Below are positions 1 to 11,300 of a DNA stretch of 64,000 nt, piece after piece (position 1 is the first letter of the stretch; every line of letters starts with the position of its first letter). The notes under the pieces are model-generated. The model ran no database searches, was not told the origin of the DNA, and was given only the letters and a program-made list of their open reading frames with translations. The translations under genes and the position numbers were made by a program. The DNA comes from Mytilus edulis (lineage: Eukaryota), in the NCBI RefSeq assembly GCF_963676685.1, contig NC_092355.1, forward strand, positions 24,986,001-25,050,000, written 5' to 3'.

Positions 1-740
1 ACCCGTTACAGCGCTCGGTTTATACCCTGTAACTTATTCGTTCCTTAATCGCCACCAATACGCGCGGTATACGTTGCACCTTGAAATAAAACGATTATCG
101 ATTGCTTTCATGTCTCTGGTGGTAATTATGTGTTCTCTGAGTTGAAAAAACCTATTAGCACATATGTACCCATTTCACCGCTACACTGATACCCTGTTAC
201 TTATTCGTTCCTTATTCGCTTTTAAAACGTGTGTTATGCGTTGCACTTTAAAAAAGAAATATGTTTGTGTCTTTGGTGGTAACTGTCGGTTTTTAGAGGT
301 GAAATAACCCTAATAGACCATATGTACCCGTTTCAGCGCTCGACTGATACCCTGTTACTTATTCGTTCCTTATTCGCTTTAAATACGCGTGGTATACGTT
401 GCACCTTGAAATAAATCGATTATCGATTGCTTTCACGTCTCTGGTGGTAATAATGTGTTCTCTGATCTGAGTTGATTAAACCCTATTAGCGCATATGTAC
501 CCATTTCACCGCTCAGTGATACCCTGTTACTTATTCGTTCCTTATTCGCTTTTAAAACATGTGTAATGCGTTGCACTTTAAAAAAAAATATTTTTGTGTC
601 TCTGGTGGTAACTGTCGGTTCTTAGAGGTGAAATAACCTTAATCGAACATATGTACCTGTTTCAGCGCTCGACTGATACGCTGTTACTTATTCGTTCCTT
701 ATTCGCTTTAAATACGCGTGCTATGCGTTGCACCTTGAAA
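1..740 (-). repeat. Satellite array, inverted arm (~165-bp monomers alternating two variants)
   Basis: Recurrent ACCCTGTTACTTATTCGTTCCTTATTCGC...GTTGCAC...CTCTGGTGGTAA; reverse complement of the monomer at 741-3720; runs off the window start. Confidence 0.9.
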
Positions 741-3725
741 TATAAAGTAACGAATAGGTAATGAGGTATTAGCCGAGCGCTGGAACGGGTACATACGCGC
801 TAAAAGGGTTATTTCATCTCTAAGAACACATTGTTACCATCAGAGACATGAACACAAGTGAAAATCCTTTTCTAAAAGGTGCAAGGTACAATAAACGTAT
901 TTAAAGCGAATAAGTAACGAATAGGTAACAGGGTATTAACCGAGCGCTGGAACGGGTACATATGCGCTAATAGGGTCATTTCATCTCTTAGAACACATTG
1001 TTACCACCAGAGACATGGACACAATTGAAAATCCTTTTCTAAAAGGTGCAACGTACAACAAACGTATTATTAGTGAATAGGTAACGAATAGGTAACAGGG
1101 TATTATCCGAGCGCTGGAACGGGTATATACGCGCTAATAGGGGTATTTCATCTATAAGAACACATTATTACCACCAGGGATAAGAACACTATTGAAAATC
1201 CTTTTCTAAAAGGTGCAACGTACAACAAACATATTAAAAGCGAATAGGTAACGAATAGATAACGAATAGGTAACAGGGTATTAACCGAGCGCTGGAACGG
1301 GCGGGTACATGCGCGCTAATAGGATCATTTAATCTATAAGAACACATTATTACCACCAGATACATGAACACAAGTGAAAATCCTTTTCTAAAAGGTGCAA
1401 CGTACAACCAACTTATTTAAAGCGAATAAGTAACGAATAGGTAACGAATAGGTAACAGGGTATTAACCGAGCGCTGGAACGGGTACATATGCGCTAATAG
1501 GGTCATTTCATCTCTTAGAACAAACTGTTACCACCAAAGACATGAACACATTTGAAAATCTCTTTCTAAAAGGTGCAACGTACAACAAACGTATTATAAG
1601 TGAATAGGTAACGAATAGGTAACGAATAGGTAACGAATAGGTAACAGGGTATTAACCGAGCGCTGGAACGGGTACATGCGCGCTAATAGGGTCATTTCAT
1701 CTCTAAAAAAGACATTGTTACCACCAGAGATATGGACACAATTGAAAATCCTTTTCTAAAAGGTGCAACGTACAACAAACGTATTATTAGTGAATAGGTA
1801 ACGAATAGGTAACAGGGTATTATCCGAGCGCTGGAACGGGTACATACGCGCTAATAGGGGTATTTCATCTAAAAGAACACATTATTACCACCAGGGATAT
1901 GCACACAATTGAAAATCTTTTTCTAAAAGGTGCAACGAACAACAAACGTATTAAAAGCGAATAAGTAACGAATAGGTTACGAATAGGTAACGAATAGGTA
2001 ACGAATAGGTAACAGGGTATTAACCGAGCGCTTGAACGGGTACATGCGCGCTAATAGGGTCATTTAATCTCTAAAAACACATTGTAACCACCAGATACAT
2101 GGACACAATTGAAAATCCCTTTCTAAAAGGTGCAAAGTACAACAAACGTATTATAAATGAATAGGTAACGAATAGGTAACAGGGTATTAACCGAGCGCTG
2201 GAGCAGGTACATGCGCGCTAATAGGGTCATTTCATCTCTAATTACACATTGTTACCACCAGAGACATGAACACAAGTGAAAATCCTTTTCTAAAAGGTGC
2301 AACGTACAACAAACGTATTTAAAGCGAATAAGTATCGAATAGGTAACAGGGTATAAACCGAGCGATGGAACGGGTACATATGCGCTAATAGGGTTATTTC
2401 ATTTCTAAGAACACTTTGTTACCACCAGAGACATGAACACAATTGAAAATCCTTTTCTAAAAGGTGCAACGTACAACAAACGTATTATAAGTGAATAGGT
2501 AACGAATAGGTAACGAATAGGTAACGAATAGGTAACGAATAGGTAACCGGGTATTAACCGAGCGCTGGAACGGGAACATGCGTGCTAATAGGGTCATTTC
2601 ATCTCTAAGAACACATTGTTACCACCAGAGACATGGACACAATTGAAAATCCTTTTCTAAAAGGTGCAACGTACAACAAACGTATTATAAGTGAATAGGT
2701 AACGAATAGGTAACAGGGTATTAACCGAGCGCTGGAACGGGTACATGCACGCTAATAGGGTCATTTCATCTCTGATTACACATTGTTACCACCAGAGACA
2801 TGAACACAAGTGAAAATCCTTTTCTAAAAGGTGCAACGTACAACAAACGTATTTAAAGCGAATAAGTAACGAATAGGTAACAGGGTATTAACCGAGCGCT
2901 GGAACGGGTACATATGCGCTAATAGGGATATTTCATCTATAAGAACACATTATTACCACAAGAGATATGAACACAATTGAAAATTTGTTTCTTAAAGGTG
3001 CAACGTACAACAAACGTATTAAAAGCGAATAAGTAACGAATAGGTAACGAATAGGTAACAGGGTATTAACCGAGCGCTGGAACGAGTACATGCACGCTAA
3101 TAGGGTCATTTCATCTCTCATTACACATTGTTACCACCAGAGACATGAACACAAGTGAAAATCCTTTTCTAAAAGGTGCAACGTACAACAAACGTATTAT
3201 AAGTGAATAGGTAACGAATAGGTAACGAATAGGTAACAGGGTATTAACTGAGCGCTGGAACGGGTACATGCGCTCTAATAGGGTCATTTCGTCTCTAAGA
3301 ACACATTGTTACAACCAGAGACATGAACACAATTAAAAACGGTATATTTCAAGGTGCAACGTATACTTACCCCGCGCATTAAAAGCGAATAAGGAACGAA
3401 TAAGTAACAGGGTATTATCCGAGCGCTGGAACGGGTACATACGCGCTAATAGGGATATTTCATCTATAAGAACACATTATTACCACCAGAGATATGAACA
3501 CAATTGAAAATCCTTTTCTAAAAGGTGCAACGTACAACAAACGTATTAAAAGCTAATAAGTAACGAATATTTAACAGGGTATTATCCGAGCACTGTAACG
3601 GGTACATATGCGCTTATAGAGTTATATCACCTCTAAGAACCCAAATCTACCACCAGAGACAACAAAACAATTGAAAATCATGTTTCAAAAGGTGCAACGT
3701 ATGATACACGTATTATAAGCGAATT
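741..3725 (+). repeat. Satellite DNA array, ~167-bp monomer with variable internal GAATAGGTAAC 11-mer
   Basis: AAAAGGTGCAACGTACAACAAACG recurs (2292 and 2459, spacing 167); longer units differ mainly by extra 11-mers; about 16-17 copies. Confidence 0.95.
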
Positions 3726-3804
3726 ATAAGCGAGTGATGGAACGAATTAAACAAGGTAATAGCATGCTCCGAAACGATGTACACCCTGCTAACATGTTTA
3801 ACCC

Positions 3805-4105
3805 CACCACATTATGTTAGTATGTGCCTGTCCCTAGACAAGAGCCTGAAATAAGGTAGTTATCGTTTGTTTTTGTGTTACATATTTGTTTTCCGTTTAT
3901 TTTTTTGTATATGAAATACGGCCGTTAGTTTTGTTGTTTGAATTGTTTGAAATTGTCATATCAGGGCCTTTTATAGGTGACTACACGGTTTGGGCTATGC
4001 TCATTGTTGAAGGCCGTACATTGACCTATAGTTGATAGTTTCTGTGTCATTTTGGTCTATTGTGGGTTGTTGTCTCATTGGCAATCATACCACATCTTTT
4101 TTTTA
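3805..4105 (+). mobile_element. Truncated 3-prime end of Penelope-like element (same family as 46508-48549)
   Basis: Reverse-complement match to ~46510-46820 (GGCAATCATACCACATC, GCTCATTGTTGAAGGCCGTAC). Confidence 0.75.
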
Positions 4106-4330
4106 TGCAAGCGCTAACACGGTGATTTCATCCCTTCGAACCAAGATCCATCTTCAAACATACGGACATAAAGCAGTTAAAAGGTAGAACGTATAAAAAT
4201 CAAATAAGGAAAAAATGAGTATCGAACATAGAGTAAAAGGATCGGTTGAGCACAAACACAGATAAATAGGTCATAAAAAGATAATTTTACCTCAACAAAT
4301 TTAGAACTATTACCAGATATAAGAATATAA

Positions 4331-5832
4331 ACAACAAGAAGTAAGTGTAACAGGATGCTGTTACGAATTCTCCCAAACAAAGCTCCCATAACTCGCAATT
4401 CATATGGTCCCATGTTCATTTGATTTGATTTTTTGTCCCATACAAAAATATATATGGCTTACTGGTGGAGATCTCCACCATTTACAAGTATTCAAACAGG
4501 AGGGGGTGGTGGTGACCCCAGGGACTTTACCTACATTTCATTTCATTTGTTTTATTGTCCCCTACAAGAATATATATGGTTTAGGGGTGGGTAATGTTGA
4601 CCGTTTACAAGTTTTCAAACAAGAGGGGGTGGGATGACCGCCTAAGGACTTCCCTATTATCTCATTTTATTTGTTTTATTGTCCCCTACAAGAACATATA
4701 TAGTTTAGGGGTGGGGATCTGGACCATTTACAAGATAATAGTACATTCTCAAATTGAACGGGGTGGGGTGATCCCAAGGAACTTCCATTTAATTTCATTT
4801 GATTAGTTTTATTGTCCCTTACAAGAATATATATAGTTTAGGGGTGGGGATGTTGACCGTTTACAAGTTTTCAAACAAGAGGGGGTGGGCTGACCCCCTA
4901 GGGACTTTCCTTTTATTTCATTTCATTTGTTTTATTGTCCGCTACAAGAATATATATGGTTTAAGGGTGGGGATCTGGACCATTTACAAGATAATAGTAC
5001 ATTCTCAAATTGAACGGGGTGGGGTGACCCCCAGGAACTTCCGTTTAATTTCATTTGATTAGTTTTATTGTCCCCTACAAGAATATATATGGTTTAGGGG
5101 TGGAGATCTGGACCGTTTACAAGATAATAGCACATTCTAAAATTGAACAAGGTGGGGATGACCCCCGGGGACTTCCATTTAATTTCATTTGATTTGTTTT
5201 ATCGTCCTATTCAAGAATATATATGGTTTAGGGGTGGGGATTTGGACCGTTTACATGATAATAGTACATTCTCAAATTGAACGGGGTGGGGTGACCCCCA
5301 GAAACTTTTATTTAATTTCATTTGATTAGTTTTATTGTCCCATACAAGAATATATATGGTTTAGGGGTGTGGATCTGGACCGTTTACAAGTTAAAAGCAT
5401 ATTCTCGAATTGAAGAGGGTAGGGATGACCCCCCAGGGACTCTCCTATATTTCATGTGATTTGTGTTATTGTCCTTTAATCATTTCTGAAGACTGCATGT
5501 ATCTATCACTTACAGTTTTCAAGTTATATTAATTTGAAAATTTTAGAAAATAAAATCCCATAGGGTTCTATAGTAAACCCCTCCCTTCTTTCTGCCCCCC
5601 CCCCAAATACCCCTTAATAGACCTCAATGCACAAATGAACGATTGATGGCTCACCTAGACATATTAGTCTAACATTTTATGAAACCCTAAGTAAATCTGA
5701 CAAGTAGTTTTGGAGAAATGCTGCGGACAAGTTCATTTTTAAAGTGGGAAAGAAGAAGAGAAAGAAGAGGAAGAAGAAGGATAATAAAAAAAAATAAGAA
5801 CTGAGCAAAAACAATAAGTGTCCAAACTTTGT
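4331..5832 (+). mobile_element. Putative non-autonomous Helentron/HINE-like element with central ~110-130-bp tandem repeats
   Basis: AACAAG start, GTAACAG...CTGTTAC hairpin, internal tandem units (TTTATTGTCCCCTACAAGAATATATATGGTTTAGGGGTGGG), GAA-rich tract, end AACAATAAGTGTCCAAACTTTG; diverged second copy at 23134-24120. Confidence 0.6.
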
Positions 5833-6231
5833 AGGTAACGAATAGGGAATAGGGAATAGGTAACGAATAGGTAACGAATGGGGAATAGGGAATAGGTAAC
5901 GAATAGGTAACGAATAGGTAACGAATGGGGAATAGGGAATAGGTAACGAATAGGTAACGAATAGGGAATAGGGAATAGGTAACGAATAGGTAACGAATAG
6001 GGAATAGGGAATAGATAACGAATAGGTAACGAATAGGTAACGAATAGGGAATAGGGAATAGGTAACGAATAGGGAATAGGGAATAGGTAACTAATAGGTA
6101 ACGAATAGGGAATACGGAATAGGTAACGAATAGGTAACGAATAGGTAACGAATAGGGAATAGGGAATAGGGAATAGGTAACGAATAGGGAATAGGGAATA
6201 GGTAACGAATAGGGAATAGGGAATAGGTAAC
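5833..6231 (+). repeat. Compound GAATAGG / GAATAGGTAAC microsatellite
   Basis: Directly visible mixture of 7-mer and 11-mer units over ~400 bp. Confidence 0.95.
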
Positions 6232-8308
6232 CAACTTGACGTCCATAAATAAACACATATATTAAGAAAAAACCAATTTCAATTGTGCTATTTTTTTATT
6301 TATTTTTTTATCATTGTAGATTCTGCTCATTATAATGAAAAAGTAACAGTTATTATCACACGTTCATTATAAAGTACTAGTTACTAAATATCACCTTGAT
6401 CATTATAATGAGCAAGCAACTATGAATATCCTACAATCAATGTCATCGGTTTTTTTTTCTGTTTTCTGTTCACTCTAAAGGATCTAAAAAAGAGAGACAA
6501 ATAGTTATACACATTTCCCCTATCTATTTACGGAGAATTTCTGATATTCAAATATATTATGAATATAAATGTCTTATTCACGACTGTCATATCGGAAGAG
6601 AGAATATTTATCTATGTGTAGATTATGAAAGACACGTGTATGTTTGTCTCTTTTGAACTGTTTCACTTTCAAATAGAAATTACAGAGCATGTGTTCATAT
6701 TCTGCATACACTCATGTGGTTATACCAAGTGCTACTTACCGTTTAGTATTTTTTACAAATTGTTGAAGGTGTTTATCATTCCCATAAAACCCGATGACCC
6801 AACTTATAGGCTTAAAAAATATCGCAAGCCTAATTCTTACTCTAGTTGTGTTAGTCTATGATGAGACGAATTATGCTTGTTAAGTGATTTACTCAATGTA
6901 TAATCTTTTTGATATACTTGTAACTACTCAAGGAGGTTTCATTCAAACGTACATGAAACCAAAGGAAGACACTAAGAAAAAGGGGTAAAAATCATTTCAC
7001 TGTATAACTTGTTTAACACCAACCCATTGTCGGGCTTTTGAATTGCTTCTCTGGGTATTTGGCATGGTTTTTTTTTATGGATTTGCCTTTATTGATATTT
7101 TTAGAATTTCAATGTAAACATATTTTAACTCTTTAGGTTCAAAACCAAATGCATGTCATGCCTTTAAATACAGTAATGCATATAAATTTAGTATGGTTGA
7201 GTAAGTTTTGTTAAGGCAACTGAATATACGGACCAACAACATATTTTCCTTCTTTTAGTCGAAATATCACACACCCGTCGATTTTTACTGCACGGGTAAA
7301 ATTAAGACCCATTTCATTTTTTGTAAATAGAGTAACGATGATAAACATGTTAATTACTTTAACAATCACTCAATTCGATTTGTTAAAACTTTAAATGTTA
7401 TAATTCCGAGAGAAAAAAACGTCAACTTTATTGTACTCACTGAACAATCTTAATGGAATATTTCCAAAAAATTGAGTAAAAAAGCGAAACTTTTCAGTTA
7501 TCTGTTAAATGGGTTAGCTGGGATATTTTACTTGTGTACTTAAAACTATCGCAGAGACAATCTTGATAAGTTAGTACGTCTCAGTAAGTAATAAGTTCTT
7601 ATCATGAAATGTGTATTTTTGATATAATGCAAATAATATATGAATTAAACGCGATATAAGGTATACATCTATGAGACGGCAAATTAAAGAAACTAAACAA
7701 AAAGACATCAACATATCAACATAATGTTATCGACAACAGGCATGGATTAACGAATTATACATGTTATACATGTGATATCAAACATACAAAATATTTACCG
7801 ATGAACATAAGCATCTGATGCAGTACAATTGGTGCCAATAATGTTATCAAAGAATAAATAAATTTTCTCAACGATTGTAAATGAATATTTTTGTACATGT
7901 TATCTTGTTTATATATCATTTTGTATCGGCTTATTTTTACCATGACAATTGGGAAGTATTTAACATTTTTAATCGATTGTTCGCTCGATTGTTGTTGATA
8001 AATCTCTACAGACATATATCAAAGTTTCCAATGCAAAATAAATTTAGGAAGAAATGCAAAACATAAAGACATTTTTCCATCAAGTATTATACTTCTTCGG
8101 ATGGTTGTCGTTTTTTTTTAATTTACATCGGAGTTGTTTTTACATTTTTTATACATTGTATTTGAAAAAACCCCAAGAAACATGTAATCATATTTCTTTC
8201 TCTCTATCAAATGGTAATGGAAACATTGATCCATTGGTTTAAGCTTAACATTCAAAGGAAAATATCTCATGCATATTCATGATGACGACAATAATAAATT
8301 AATACTTA

Positions 8309-8395
8309 CTAGCATGTACCAGATTTGAGAGTGATATCATCAATAGCAATGTCACCCTGCCAAGCCTCAGTTATTGCAGACGCTTCTATGGTGAT
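8309..8395 (-). CDS. MAM domain exon 4 (ITIEASAITEAWQGDIAIDDITLKSGTC-stop)
   Basis: GTTGCAG acceptor, GDIAIDDI motif, terminal Cys then TAG. The G of TAG also starts a GTAAGT, so a further spliced exon cannot be excluded. Confidence 0.85.
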   Translation of the reverse strand: MTIEASAITEAWQGDIAIDDITLKSGTC

Positions 8396-11300
8396 CTGCA
8401 ACATAACATATGTGTTATTGGTATTGAAATACATTGGCACTAATATTTTTCACTTTCGTGTTTTAAATAAAAACGTTTTTAGATGTATTGTGAATTGTAA
8501 ATATTTTTTCTTTACATTGAGAAAATAAACCATAATATTTATTTGATTTTCTGTATGGCTGTAATTCATACTTGATCTGGATAAATTTTTGTTTTTGTTT
8601 TAAAGAATAAACAATATATACCAATATCTATTACTGAATTTGAGATTTCATGTAACAAGAATGAGTAAACGCAGTGAACATTTTTAGTGGTATCACGAAG
8701 ATTGAAACATATCATTGAAACATTTCTTAATATATCGATCAGAAGTCTCTTGATGGATACACAATAGTTACCACTTTATAACTAAATTGTGCTTTATCAA
8801 GTTACACAATACTTACCACTTTATAACTAAATTGTGCTTTATCAAGTTGCACAATACTTACCACTTTATAACTAAATTGTGCTTTATCAAGTTACACAAT
8901 ACGTACCACTTTATAACTTAATAGTGCTTTATCAAGTTACACAATACTTACAAGATAATAACTAAAGAGTGGTATGTCAAGTTACACAATACTTACAAGA
9001 TAATAACTAAATAGTGGTATGTCAAGTTACACAATACTTACAGGATGATAACTAAAGAGTGGTATATCAAGTTACACAATACTTGCAATATGGTTAATGA
9101 ATTGTTGAAAGTCTATCATCGCAGTTTCTTTAGTCACGTTAGTAAAAGAATACTTACAACATTAATATAACGAACAGATAAAAGGAAACTATTATGAATG
9201 TTCGAAATAGTTCCGTGACGGTGTGTCACTTCAATTTGGCATTCATGTTTGTGATATTTATCCATGTCATTTGGACTGCTTGATATTTGTCTCATTATAA
9301 ATCATATATAGATACCACTTTTCCGCATTTCCACATAATGGGTGCTTTTTACATTTTGACGTCAGCATGAAGTGCCTTGATAGCAATTTCTGCTAAGGGA
9401 TGTACTTAGGTGAGGGTTTGTGGAGTTTAAAAAATCAAGAATTTAAAATTGATACCTTAATAGTTGTCAAAGGTACCAGGATTATAATTTAGTAAGCCAG
9501 ACGCGCGTTTCGTCTGCATAAGACTCATCAGTGACGCTCATATCAAAATATTTATAAAGACAAACAAGTACAAAGTTGAAGAGCATTGAGGATCCAAAAT
9601 TTCAAACAATTGTGCCGAATAGCGTTTGTTAAGGAACAAAACAAGCTTAAAATATCGATAGGTCATGGAGCTCCTTTTCGAGATAACTGGTTTTTTTTTT
9701 AAATGGCGGTAAAAAGCTAACTTGGACTTTTATCTTATATTACATTGGTATTAATTGGGTCTCAAATCAATAGAAGAAAATCTAAAATCTGCTTCAACTT
9801 AAGCAAATGACCCTTTATGACCTTTTAAGTCTTATATATAAAGATAACTGGGTGTGAAAGGGTAAAATATTTTACATTGTATTGTATGAAAAAAAAAAAA
9901 CATGGAGTCTGAACATTTGACACAATTTCTAAAACCTCACATAAGTACATCCTTAACTCTTATTTTTCATACATTGTTTATAAATGAGTCGTAGTATACA
10001 TACACCAAGATTACTATATTGTGGGATATTTATGGTAGCAGTTTTCCAAGAGTCAGGATTAGGTTGCTCTCCTGTTTTTTCCCATATGCTACTCAAAGAA
10101 GATGTTTTATCTCCTGCAAATACTTCCAAAGCATCTATATGTTGTCCTTTCATATGGTACTGGAAGGACAGACACCAAGGACAGGCTGGAAAAAATCAGT
10201 TAATGATCAATATACTGAAACGACATCAATGAGACATGAAATTGAGGTGTGAAGAATGCAATATTATTCACGTACCTATTTTGTTTGCTCATTCTTTCAT
10301 CTTAAAGATAATTTCTCATCGGAAGATAGTTTTAAAGTGGCATTAGCTACGAGTTCGATTTGAAATTACATATATGTGGTGTTCTTTTTTTCAGACATTT
10401 ACCATGTTTATTGAAGCGGAGTAATTATGTTGTATTATAATATTGACGTCTGACGTAACTGACGTATTATTGAAAATCAAACTGCAGAAGTTTTTTTTAT
10501 TAGAATACGAAGTCTATAAAAGGACCAATGCAACCAACTAATTCAATACTAGTAACATAGAATATGTTTGTTAAATCATGTCAGTACCGAAGTTTATCAT
10601 GCGTTTATTGTTTTCTGTTGGGTATTACATTGATAATTAAGAACGTTTCGTTATTCTGGTGATCCGTTTATTTGACAATCGAAATGGCAGTCAGCAGGGT
10701 TTAAGAACATCCGTTGTTCGACCTGCGAGCTGTCAAATGCGTTTTGGTAAAATATACTTTTCCACTTTTCTGGTCTTTTTCAAAATGTTGTCTGTGCTGT
10801 ATTGAGACCCCACTGCCACTTTTTTTACATGCACACGTATAAAAATTGTGGTTTTTATCCAACGAAATTATAAGTTTGAACGTTTTAAATACTTATAAAT
10901 TCATTCACAGAAAAACAGAAAACAGCGATTTAATATTGTTAAACAAAATACCAACCTAAAAAATGTTAAACAATTTGTGTTAAACCATTCAAATATAAAA
11001 TTTACAGACACATAAACTATAACGTTGCGTAATCACTGGTATTAAACTGATAACCGTAACTGGAATTACGACTATCCCAATATGGCGACGGCAGATATAT
11101 GTAAAATCTTTACAGTCATTTTTCTCAAATGTAGCATGTTTTTGTCATTAGTTACTCAGCTGCAAGGTTTTTCTATACCAGTACATCATACTTGAATCGT
11201 AAAGGTGCACTGGAATTGTCTAAACGCTTTGAAAATTGCTGTTAAAAAATTCGGGATGATAATCGTAACTCAATGGCATTTTTTTGTTTCATAATCGTAA

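Noticed and set aside
5833-6231. Interstitial telomere
   Set aside because: Units are GAATAGG/GAATAGGTAAC, not TTAGGG, and match the neighbouring satellite sub-repeat
5687-6256. 189-aa ORF
   Set aside because: Translation of the GAATAGG/GAATAGGTAAC microsatellite
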